NCBI GenBank assembly: GCA_965247705.1
Contig: CBDFHV010000084.1
Coordinates: 263,184-327,183, forward strand
DNA from: Rhodospirillales bacterium
GTDB lineage: Bacteria > Pseudomonadota > Alphaproteobacteria > Rhodospirillales > CAMCUA01
DNA length: 64,000 bases
Direction: 5' to 3'
In this document: in pieces, positions 9,438-17,896 of the stretch
Layout of the letters: each line of letters opens with the position of its first letter
Position numbering within the stretch: the stretch's first letter is position 1
Translations under genes and position numbers: made by a program
Notes under the pieces: generated by a model
Database searches by the model: none
Told to the model about the DNA's origin: nothing
Seen by the model: the letters and a program-made list of their open reading frames with translations, nothing else

Positions 9438-11018
9438 TCACGATGCCGGGCGCGCCGACATGGCCACCGTCGATTCGTCCAGGCGCGGCGTGATCTTGAT
9501 CCCCTTGCGGGCCGCCATCACCGTGAACTGGGTGTGGAGGGGAATGGAGAAGTTGGCGTCCACGGCCATGGTCATGGCCTGGCGCAACTTCTTCACCCGG
9601 GCGTCGGGATCCAGCGTCCCGACCGCGTCCTCGATCAGGGCGTCGAACACCGGATCCTTGTAGCCGGACCGGTTGCCAGGGCCGAACTTGCGCGCCTTGT
9701 CGTAGGAGTGCAGCACGGTGGTGAAGAACCGGGACGTATCGCCGGTGCTGGAATGGCCCCAGCCCATCAGCATGGCGCTGTACTGGACCCCCTTGGCGAC
9801 GCTGATCTTGGGGAAGTAGACGTTCATCGGCTCGGTGAACACCTCCACCTTGAGGCCGAGGCGCGCCCACATCTGGCCCACCGCCTCGACCACCTTGAAG
9901 TCGTAGACGTAGCGGTTGTTGGGGCCGTGGATGGTGATGCCGAAGCCATCGCCCCAGCCGGCCTCGGCGAGAAGGGCCTTGGCGCCGTTGGGGTCGTACT
10001 TGATCGCCGGAATCGACGGATCGTAGCCGGTGATGGCGGCGGGCGCGAACTGGCTGGCCGGCTCGGCCAAGCCACCCATGATCTTACTGGTGATGGCGTC
10101 CCGGTCGATGGCCATGGACAGCGCCTTGCGCACCTTCGCGTCCTTCAGCGGATTCTTGCCCAGGGGCGAACCGTCCTTGGCGGTGATGAAGGGGGACTTG
10201 TCCCGCGCCACGTCGATGATCAGGTAGATGATCCGGTCCGAGGGACGCTTGAAGACGTCGATGTCGGCGCTTTGTTCCAGGCGCGCAACGTCCCCGGGCC
10301 CGACGGCGCCGATCATGTCCACGTCGCCGGCGAGCAGGGCCGCGACCCGCGCCGCGTCATTGCTCATCATGCGGAAGGTCACCTTGTCCCAGGGCTCCTT
10401 TGGACCCCAGAAATCGGGATTCTTCTCCAGGACCAGCCGGTCGCCGGGCTTGAACTCGACGAACTTGTAGGGACCGGTGCCAATCGCCGCCTTGCCCGAT
10501 TTGAAATCGGCCGGCATCGCGCCTTCGGCCGCGTCATGGGAGACGATGAAGATGTTCGACAGGCTGGCCGGCAGCACCGGGTCGGGGGCCTTGGTCTTGA
10601 TGATGACCGTCAGCGGGCCCGTTGCGTCGACACTGGCCACCGAGCGCATGGGCGGGTTGTAGGGGTTCGGGTTGTTGGGGATGTTGGGAACCCGATTGAA
10701 GGTGAAGATCACGTCGGCGGCGGTGAACGGCTCGCCGTCGTGGAACTTCACGCCGGGGCGCAGCTTGAACTCCCAGGTCTTGTCGTCCACCGGGCGCCAG
10801 GAAACCGCCAGCCCCGGCACCGCCTGGGAATCGGCGTTGTTGTCGGTCAGGGCGCCAAAGATGTGACGGGAATAGGCGATGTTGGTGTTGGCATAGAGGA
10901 AGTGAGGATCGACCGCCGGTTCGGCGCGGACGCCGATGGTCAAGTCGGCGGCCTGGGCCGGGATCGTCGCCGCGACGACGCTGGCGATGGCGGCGAATCG
11001 AAAAGCGGATTTGAGCAC
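9438..11018 (-). CDS. ABC transporter substrate-binding protein, family 5 (peptide/nickel type)
   Basis: GTG at 11018 preceded by AGGGAGG; signal peptide LKSAFRFAAIASVVAATIPAQA; the remaining 433 N-terminal residues of the 960-aa track ORF look non-coding. Confidence 0.85.
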   Translation of the reverse strand: MLKSAFRFAAIASVVAATIPAQAADLTIGVRAEPAVDPHFLYANTNIAYSRHIFGALTDNNADSQAVPGLAVSWRPVDDKTWEFKLRPGVKFHDGEPFTAADVIFTFNRVPNIPNNPNPYNPPMRSVASVDATGPLTVIIKTKAPDPVLPASLSNIFIVSHDAAEGAMPADFKSGKAAIGTGPYKFVEFKPGDRLVLEKNPDFWGPKEPWDKVTFRMMSNDAARVAALLAGDVDMIGAVGPGDVARLEQSADIDVFKRPSDRIIYLIIDVARDKSPFITAKDGSPLGKNPLKDAKVRKALSMAIDRDAITSKIMGGLAEPASQFAPAAITGYDPSIPAIKYDPNGAKALLAEAGWGDGFGITIHGPNNRYVYDFKVVEAVGQMWARLGLKVEVFTEPMNVYFPKISVAKGVQYSAMLMGWGHSSTGDTSRFFTTVLHSYDKARKFGPGNRSGYKDPVFDALIEDAVGTLDPDARVKKLRQAMTMAVDANFSIPLHTQFTVMAARKGIKITPRLDESTVAMSARPAS

Positions 11019-11144
11019 GGTAGCCTCCCTTGACACTGTCTGATGGGCTCCCTGTCGGTCAGGGTCGTGGAATTGTGGTCGTTCAGCGGATAGGCTGCAA
11101 CCGCGCGTTTGAGTTGCCCCGTGGCGAGACGGCGAGCCCGGCCC

Positions 11145-12377
11145 ATGACCGATATCCTGTTCACCAACCTGGCCCTCCTGGACCCGGTGGAAGGCGTTCT
11201 CCGATCGGGCCATCAGGTGCTGGTCCGGGACGGCCGTTTCGCCGAGGTCGCGGCGGGCCGCATCGATGCGCCCGGGGCCCGGGAGTTCGACCTCGGCGGG
11301 CGCACGCTCATGCCCGGCCTGATCGACTGTCACATCCACATCTGCGCGGAGGGCATGCGGGCCTACCCCACCATGTCCCCGTCCTATGTGGCGGCCACCG
11401 CCGGCAAGATCCTGCGCGAAACCTTGATGCGCGGCTTCACCACCGTGCGCGACGCGGCGGGCGCCGACGCCGGTTACCGCCGCGCGGTGGAGGACGGGCT
11501 GCTGGTGGGGCCGCGGCTGTTCGTCGCCGGCAGCGCCATCACCCAGACCGGCGGCCACGGCGACGGTCGCGATACCTCTGACTACTGCGAGCCCTGCGCC
11601 TGCGGCACGCTCAGGGGCCTGGGCCGTATCGCCGACGGGGTGCCGGCGGTACGCCACGCGGTGCGCGACGAGCTGCGCAAGGGCGCCGACCAGATCAAGA
11701 TCATGGCCTCCGGCGGCGTCGCCTCGCCGGCCGATCCCATCGACTACGTGCAGTACGCGGTGGACGAGATCGAGGCCATGGTGGACGAGGCGACCCGTCG
11801 CCACACCTACGTCATGGCCCATGCCTATACGGCCGACGCCATCTACCGCTGCGTCGAAGCCGGGGTGCGCACCATCGAGCACGGCAACATGATCGACGAG
11901 AAGGCGGCCCGCCTGATGGCCGAGCGGGGCGCCTACCTGGTGCCGACCCTGGTCGTCTACCGCAAGATCATCGAGCACGGGCACGAGGTCGGGGTCTCCG
12001 AGCTGCACCTGTCCAAGGCCCGCGCGGTGGCCGCCACCGGCACCCGGTCCCTCGAGATCGCCCAACGGGCCGGCGTCAAGATGGCCTTCGGCACCGATCT
12101 CTTTCGGGCGCCCAAGGAATACCAGGCCGAGGAGTTTCTCATACGCGCCGAGGTGCTCAAGCCCGCCGACGTGATCCGCAGCGCCACCATCATCAGCGCC
12201 GAGGTCATCCGCATGGACGGCCAGCTCGGCGTCATCGCGCCGGGGGCCCTGGCCGATGCCCTGGTGGTCGACGGCGATCCCTTCGAAGACCTGGGTCTGC
12301 TGCAAAACCAGGGTGAACACATCCCCGCCATCATGAAAGACGGGGTGTTCTTCAAGAACGAGCTGGACGCAGGCTGA
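11145..12377 (+). CDS. amidohydrolase-family metallo-hydrolase
   Basis: MTDILFTNLALLD..., PGLIDCHIHI metal-binding motif, HAYT, EHGN; divergent from the binding-protein gene. Confidence 0.85.
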   Translation: MTDILFTNLALLDPVEGVLRSGHQVLVRDGRFAEVAAGRIDAPGAREFDLGGRTLMPGLIDCHIHICAEGMRAYPTMSPSYVAATAGKILRETLMRGFTTVRDAAGADAGYRRAVEDGLLVGPRLFVAGSAITQTGGHGDGRDTSDYCEPCACGTLRGLGRIADGVPAVRHAVRDELRKGADQIKIMASGGVASPADPIDYVQYAVDEIEAMVDEATRRHTYVMAHAYTADAIYRCVEAGVRTIEHGNMIDEKAARLMAERGAYLVPTLVVYRKIIEHGHEVGVSELHLSKARAVAATGTRSLEIAQRAGVKMAFGTDLFRAPKEYQAEEFLIRAEVLKPADVIRSATIISAEVIRMDGQLGVIAPGALADALVVDGDPFEDLGLLQNQGEHIPAIMKDGVFFKNELDAG

Positions 12378-12436
12378 CGGCGGTTAGGTACCGCCCGCTC
12401 GTCGCCTGGTCCGCACCCAACGCCACACCCCCGGTT

Positions 12437-12532
12437 CTGTCATTGCCGGGCTTGTCTCGGCAATCCATGGGACAGGTCGGAATCCGGCGGGGGCGGATGA
12501 ATGGATACGCGGGACGAGCCCGCGCATGACAG
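12437..12532. repeat. structured intergenic repeat, copy 3 of 3
   Basis: CTGTCAT...ATGACAG outer arms; ATTGCCGGGC-TTGT-CTCGGCAAT and GCGGG-ACGAG-CCCGC hairpins. Confidence 0.65.
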
Positions 12533-12560
12533 TTTGGCGGGCAGTCATGCCCAGCCGCCT

Positions 12561-13892
12561 TCAGGACCCCGCGGGCAGTCGCTCCCGTATCACGGGGGTT
12601 GACTGCACTCCCGCTTTCCCCACCGTGACCGCCGCCCGGAAATCGGCCTCCGCCCGGTCCGCGTCGGCGTCCGTGCGGGCGTGAATCAAGGCCAGAGGGC
12701 GGTCGGGCCCCACTGGCGTGCCGATTTCCGCGATCTCCGTCAGTCCCACGGCCGGATCGACGGAATCGCCCGGATCCCGGCGGCCACCGCCCAGCTCGAC
12801 CACCACAAGGCCAACGGCACGGGTGTCCATGGCGGTGACGGTTCCGGGGATCTCGGGAAATGTGGGCCGCACTACCGGGGCGCGGGGCAGGTGGGCGTCG
12901 GGGCGCTCCAGCAGGTCGGGGGGACCGCCCAGGGCGGCGACCATGCGGGCGAAGCGCTGCGCTGCCTCGCCACTGGCCAGGGCGTCGGCGAGCTTCTGCG
13001 CGGCGTCGACGTCCGTCTTCGCCAGGCCGCCGAGGCGCAGCATCTCCACCCCCAGGGCAATGGTCACCTCGTGGAACCGACCGTCGCGGTGGTCGCCCTT
13101 CAGGTAGTCCATGGCGAACCGCACCTCGACGGCGTTGCCGGCGGCATTGGCCAGGGGCTGGTCCATGTCGGTGATCAGGGCGGTGGCCGGAAGGCCGGCG
13201 CCGCCGGCCACCTCGACGATGCTGCGGGCCAGGTACCGGGCCATGGAAAGCTGGGCGGCGAAGGCGCCGGAGCCGGTCTTGACGTCCATCACCAGGCCTT
13301 GAAGCCCGGCGGCCAGCTTCTTCGACAGGATCGAGGCGGTAATTAGAGGGATCGACTCGACGGTGGCGGTAACGTCGCGGACGGCGTAGAGCCGCCGGTC
13401 GGCGGGGGCCAGGTCGCCCGTCTGGCCGACGATGGCGCAGCCGGCGTCCTTGACGGCGCGGCGGAAGGCGGCGGTGTCGGGCGCGGTGCGGTAGCCGGGG
13501 ATGCTGTCGAGCTTGTCCAGGGTGCCGCCGGTATGGCCCAACCCGCGGCCCGAGATCATCGGCACGTATCCCCCGCAGGCAGCCACCAGGGGCGCCAGCA
13601 CCAGGCTTACCGTATCGCCGATGCCGCCGGTGGAATGCTTGTCCAGCAGCGGCCCGTCCAGGTCCAGATCCGACCAGTCGAGCACCCGGCCACTGTCCCG
13701 CATCGCCCGGGTGAGGGCCACGGCTTCGTCCCGCTCCATGCCCTGCAAAAAGACGGCCATGGCGAAAGCGCCCACCTGGGCGTCGCCCAGGCCGCCGTCG
13801 GCGATGCCGCGGACGATGAAGGCGATCTCCTCGACCGTCAGCCCGTGGCCATCCCGCTTGCGGCGGATGATCTCCTGGGGCAGCAGGGTCAG
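12561..13892 (-). CDS. deoA: thymidine (pyrimidine-nucleoside) phosphorylase
   Basis: LLPQEIIRRKRDGHGL... aligns with the DeoA N-terminus; KHSTGGIGD, SGRGLGHTGGT motifs. Start uncertain: only CTG codons at the expected position (13883-13892); next in-frame ATG is about 35 codons upstream. Confidence 0.85.
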   Translation of the reverse strand: MTLLPQEIIRRKRDGHGLTVEEIAFIVRGIADGGLGDAQVGAFAMAVFLQGMERDEAVALTRAMRDSGRVLDWSDLDLDGPLLDKHSTGGIGDTVSLVLAPLVAACGGYVPMISGRGLGHTGGTLDKLDSIPGYRTAPDTAAFRRAVKDAGCAIVGQTGDLAPADRRLYAVRDVTATVESIPLITASILSKKLAAGLQGLVMDVKTGSGAFAAQLSMARYLARSIVEVAGGAGLPATALITDMDQPLANAAGNAVEVRFAMDYLKGDHRDGRFHEVTIALGVEMLRLGGLAKTDVDAAQKLADALASGEAAQRFARMVAALGGPPDLLERPDAHLPRAPVVRPTFPEIPGTVTAMDTRAVGLVVVELGGGRRDPGDSVDPAVGLTEIAEIGTPVGPDRPLALIHARTDADADRAEADFRAAVTVGKAGVQSTPVIRERLPAGS

Positions 13893-14629
13893 TGTCCGTC
13901 CCCCAGCACCCGCTCCAAATCGTCCAGCAGGCCGCTGGCGCCGATGCGGAAGGTGTCGGCGGTGGCCCATGCCGGGCCCATGATGCGGTCGGCGATCGCC
14001 AAGTAGGCGGCCGCCTGGATGGCGGTGCGGATGCCCCCGGCGGCCTTGAAACCCACCGGGCGGCCGCAGTCGGCGATCGCCCGCAGCATGGCCTCGGCGG
14101 CTTCGGTTGTCGCCGAGACGGCGGCCTTGCCGGTGGAAGTCTTGATGAACTGGGCGCCGGCCTCGATGGCGTCGCGGCTGGCGTCCCCCATGGCCCGGGC
14201 GTCGGACAGGCATCCGGTCTCCAGGATCACCTTGAGCAGCGCTTGCCCCTCCACCGTCGCGCGGCAGGCCGACACCAGGGCCTTGGCCCGCGCCCGGTTG
14301 CCGGCCAGCCAGGTGCGGTAGGGCAGGACCACGTCGACCTCATGGGCGCCGTCGGCAAGCGCCCGCCGGCACTCGGCGACGACCGTCGCCGTGTCGTCGC
14401 CGCCGGCCGGGAAGTTGGCCACCGTCGCCACCCGGATACCGCCGCCGGCGAGGCGTTGGCGACACAAGGCCGGGAAGCGGGGCCATACGCAGACCGCGGC
14501 CACGGACCCGAAGGGCCCACTTGCCCGCTGACACAGCCGGCTTGCCGCCCCATCGTCGGTCGGCTCGTTGAGGTCGGTGAGGTCCAGCAGGCCCAGCGCC
14601 CGGGCCGCCGCGTCGCGCTCAGTCGTCAT
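13889..14629 (-). CDS. deoC: deoxyribose-phosphate aldolase
   Basis: 246 aa; LLDLTDLN, VATVANFPAGG, FIKTSTGK (Schiff-base Lys) motifs. Confidence 0.9.
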   Translation of the reverse strand: MTTERDAAARALGLLDLTDLNEPTDDGAASRLCQRASGPFGSVAAVCVWPRFPALCRQRLAGGGIRVATVANFPAGGDDTATVVAECRRALADGAHEVDVVLPYRTWLAGNRARAKALVSACRATVEGQALLKVILETGCLSDARAMGDASRDAIEAGAQFIKTSTGKAAVSATTEAAEAMLRAIADCGRPVGFKAAGGIRTAIQAAAYLAIADRIMGPAWATADTFRIGASGLLDDLERVLGDGH

Positions 14630-15419
14630 CGTTCAAAGTTCCCACAACCTCGATCAGCAACCGTCGGATCTTGTCGGCGCCGGCCTCGGCCCGGGCCAGG
14701 GTCTGGGCGTGGCTCAGGGGCTCGGGCGACAGGCCGGCGGCCAGATTGGTGATGTTGGAAAGCGCCGCCACCCGCATCCCCCGCCGCCGCGCCAGGATGA
14801 CCTCGGGCACGGTGGACATGCCGACCACGTCGGCACCGAGGACGCGGGCGGCGCGGATCTCCGCCGGGGTCTCGAAGCTGGGCCCCGGGAACCACATGTA
14901 GACGCCCTCGTGGAGGTCGATGGCCAGCCCCGGGGCGGCGTCGCGGAACAGCTCCGCCAGGTCCCGGTCGTAGGCCCGGCTCATGTCCACGAACCGCGCG
15001 TCTCCCGCGTCGCCGGTGAGGGGATTGAGGCCGGTCAGGTTGATATGGTCGACAATGAGAACCACCTCGCCCGGTCCCACGTCGGTCCTCAGGGATCCCG
15101 CGGCATTGGTCAGGATCAGTGTTTCGCAGCCCAGGTTCGCCAGGGTGTCGAGCGCCGCCGCCATGGCCGCCGGGTCGCCGGTCTCGTAAACGTGAGCCCG
15201 GCCCTTGAGCATGGCGACCGGGCGGCCCGTGATGTGGCCCAGCACCAGGCTGCCCGCGTGGCCGCCCACCCCCGCCGCCGGGAATCCGGGCAACTCGGTA
15301 TATGCGAAGGTCACCGGGTCGGCCACGGCCTCGGCCAGGGGCCCGAGGCCGCTGCCCAGCACGATGGCGGCAACGGGATTGTGGGGCCACTGCTGTCGCA
15401 CCTTCTCGGCGGCGGTCAC
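14619..15419 (-). CDS. punA: purine nucleoside phosphorylase (trimeric PNP family)
   Basis: GTG 15419 overlaps the cdd stop (GTGA); AIVLGSGLG, GHAGSLVLG, GRAHVYETG, GADVVGMSTVPE motifs. Confidence 0.85.
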   Translation of the reverse strand: MTAAEKVRQQWPHNPVAAIVLGSGLGPLAEAVADPVTFAYTELPGFPAAGVGGHAGSLVLGHITGRPVAMLKGRAHVYETGDPAAMAAALDTLANLGCETLILTNAAGSLRTDVGPGEVVLIVDHINLTGLNPLTGDAGDARFVDMSRAYDRDLAELFRDAAPGLAIDLHEGVYMWFPGPSFETPAEIRAARVLGADVVGMSTVPEVILARRRGMRVAALSNITNLAAGLSPEPLSHAQTLARAEAGADKIRRLLIEVVGTLNDDD

Positions 15420-15814
15420 CGCAGGTTTTCCCGGCCGAAGGCGCGGGGCAGCAAATCGCCGAGGGTGTAGGTGCCGCGCAGCCCATCCGGGCCGCACACG
15501 TGGATCGCGGCGTCGGCGTCGCCGAACTCCCACAGCTTCTGACGGCAGCCGCCGCAGGGGGTGCATTCGACAGGGCCCTCGCCCAGGACCACCACCTCCA
15601 CGAAGCGCTGCTCGCCGGCTCGCACCATGGCGGCGAGGGCCCCGGCTTCGGCGCACAGGCCCTGCGGGTAGGCGGCGTTCTCCACGTTGCAGCCGGAATA
15701 GATGGCGCCGCTGGCGCCGCGCACGGCGGCACCCACCCGGCGGCAGGAGTAGGGGGCGTAGGCCGCTTCCAGGGCCTCCCGGGCGGCGGCGATCAGGGGT
15801 CCGAGGTCGCTCAT
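15416..15814 (-). CDS. cdd: cytidine deaminase
   Basis: 132 aa from ATG 15814; CAEAGA and PCGGCRQ zinc-binding motifs; ATGA overlap with the upstream permease stop. Confidence 0.9.
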   Translation of the reverse strand: MSDLGPLIAAAREALEAAYAPYSCRRVGAAVRGASGAIYSGCNVENAAYPQGLCAEAGALAAMVRAGEQRFVEVVVLGEGPVECTPCGGCRQKLWEFGDADAAIHVCGPDGLRGTYTLGDLLPRAFGRENLR

Positions 15815-16782
15815 CGTTCCTTCACGTAGGGCACGCCGATGGCCCGCGGCGGAATGGCCCGGCCGATGAATCCGGCCAGCAGGACCACGGTCAGCACATA
15901 GGGCAGGGCCTGGACGAACTGCACCGGCACCTCGCCGATCAAGGGGATTTCGGCCCCTTGCAGGCGGATCGCCACGGCGTCCAGGAAGCCGAACAGCAGG
16001 CAGGCGAGCATGGCCGGCACCGGCCGCCACTTGCCGAAAATCAGGGCTGCCAGGGCGATGTAGCCCTTGCCCGCCGTCATGTCGCGCAGGAACCCCGCGC
16101 TTTGGGCCAGGGACAGGTAGGTCCCGGCGATCCCGCACAGGATACCGGTGCACATAACCGCCCGATAGCGCAGCCCGGCGACCGAGATGCCTGCCGTATC
16201 CACCGACTGGGGGTTCTCGCCGACGGCCCGCAGGCGCAGCCCGAACCGGGTCCGGTACAACACCCAGGCCGCCGCCGGCACCGCCAGGAAGGCGATGTAG
16301 ACGATCAGATTATGGCCGCTCAGCAATTCGCCATAGAGGGCGCCCAGCACCGGCACGTCCCGCAGCGCCTCGGCCCCCGGCCATTCGAAGGGGGTAAAGC
16401 GGGCCGTATTGGGCAACTGTGGCGTCCGCCCGCCCTCGGCGAACCAGGCGATGCCGAGGACCGCTGTCAGACCGGAGACCAGAATGTTGAGGGCAACGCC
16501 CGACACCACCTGATTGCCCCGGTGGGTGATGCAGGCATAGCCGTGGACCAGGGCCAGCGCCACCGCGGCGGCGATCCCGCCGGCCATTCCCATCCACGGC
16601 GACCCGGTGATCGCGGCCACCCCGGCGGCGGCGAAGGCGGCGCCCAGCATCTTGCCTTCCAGTCCGATGTCGATGACTCCGGCGCGTTCCGAGAACATGC
16701 CCGCAAGGGACGCCAGGATCAGAGGGGTCGACAACCGCAGTGTCGAATCCAGAATCAGCACAAAGAGGGTGAGGTCTTCCAT
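15811..16782 (-). CDS. ABC transporter permease (BMP/nucleoside type)
   Basis: 323 aa, multi-TM; one nt gap from the preceding permease. Confidence 0.85.
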   Translation of the reverse strand: MEDLTLFVLILDSTLRLSTPLILASLAGMFSERAGVIDIGLEGKMLGAAFAAAGVAAITGSPWMGMAGGIAAAVALALVHGYACITHRGNQVVSGVALNILVSGLTAVLGIAWFAEGGRTPQLPNTARFTPFEWPGAEALRDVPVLGALYGELLSGHNLIVYIAFLAVPAAAWVLYRTRFGLRLRAVGENPQSVDTAGISVAGLRYRAVMCTGILCGIAGTYLSLAQSAGFLRDMTAGKGYIALAALIFGKWRPVPAMLACLLFGFLDAVAIRLQGAEIPLIGEVPVQFVQALPYVLTVVLLAGFIGRAIPPRAIGVPYVKER

Positions 16783-16783
16783 G

Positions 16784-17896
16784 TCAGACCCCGAGCCGGC
16801 GGCCGAACGCGGCGCGCAAACCGGGGACGAACATGTACTCCAGCGCGCCGGCGAACAGGATCACCATCCCCTGAATCACCACCACCATGTCGCGGGTGAT
16901 CTTGGGGATCTCGAAGGACAGCTCGGCGCCCCCCTGGTAGAGCGCCCCGAACAGGATCGAGGCCAGGATGATGCCCACCGGATGACCGCGCCCCATCAGC
17001 GCCACCGCGATGCCGACGAAGCCGTAGCCGGCGGTAAACTCCAGCAGCAGCCGGTGCTGGACCCCCATCAGCTCGTTAAGGCTCATAAATCCGGCCAAGG
17101 CGCCGGAGACGCCCATCGCGATAAGGATCTGGCCCGGCGGCGAGATGCCCCCGTAGATGGCGGCCGGCGGGCTGATGCCCACCGTCCGCAGCCGGTAGCC
17201 CGCCCGGGTATGCCAGATGAACAGCCACACCACCAGACAGCAGACCAGCGCCCAGGCGAACGACATGTTCAGGGGCGACTCGGCGATCTCGATGCCGAAG
17301 GCGCCCAGAAATTCGTGCATGAACGGCAGGCGGGCCTGCTCGGCAAAGTCTCGGGTCTCGGGCTGCATGGAGCCCGGCCGGGACATCACGTTGACCAGCA
17401 GATAGACCATCACCGAGGCGGCGATGAAGTTGAACATGATGGTGGTGATGACGATGTGGCTGCCCCGATAGGCCTGCAGGTAGGCGGGGATAAAGGCCCA
17501 GGCGGCGCCGAACAGGGCCGCCCCGGCGATGGCCGCCGGCACCATCAGGACAAAGGGCAGGAAATCCAGATGCAGGCACGCCAGGGCGACGCCCAGCCCG
17601 CCGATGTAGGCCTGACCCTCACCGCCGATATTGAACAGCCCGCAATGGAAGGCCACCGCGACCGCCAGGCCGGTGAAGATGAAGTTGGTGGCGTAGAAGA
17701 GGGTGTAACCGATGGCTTCCTCGAATCCGAAGGCGCCCCATACCAGCAGGCGCACCACCTCCCACGGGCTCTCGCCAATCAACAGGACCACCAGCCCGGA
17801 GACGGCGAAGGCCGCCAACAGGTTGAGCGCCGGCAGCAACCCCAGGACGGCCCAACGGGGCAGGCCGGCCGCCGGCCCGGTCGCCATGGTGCTCAC
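16784..17896 (-). CDS. ABC transporter permease (BMP/nucleoside type)
   Basis: 370 aa, multi-TM; 4-nt overlap with the ATPase gene. Confidence 0.85.
   Translation of the reverse strand: MSTMATGPAAGLPRWAVLGLLPALNLLAAFAVSGLVVLLIGESPWEVVRLLVWGAFGFEEAIGYTLFYATNFIFTGLAVAVAFHCGLFNIGGEGQAYIGGLGVALACLHLDFLPFVLMVPAAIAGAALFGAAWAFIPAYLQAYRGSHIVITTIMFNFIAASVMVYLLVNVMSRPGSMQPETRDFAEQARLPFMHEFLGAFGIEIAESPLNMSFAWALVCCLVVWLFIWHTRAGYRLRTVGISPPAAIYGGISPPGQILIAMGVSGALAGFMSLNELMGVQHRLLLEFTAGYGFVGIAVALMGRGHPVGIILASILFGALYQGGAELSFEIPKITRDMVVVIQGMVILFAGALEYMFVPGLRAAFGRRLGV

Noticed and set aside
11019-12320. N-terminal 433 residues of the 960-aa ORF 9438-12320
   Set aside because: This part is antisense to the amidohydrolase gene. 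The real binding-protein start, with RBS and signal peptide, is at 11018.
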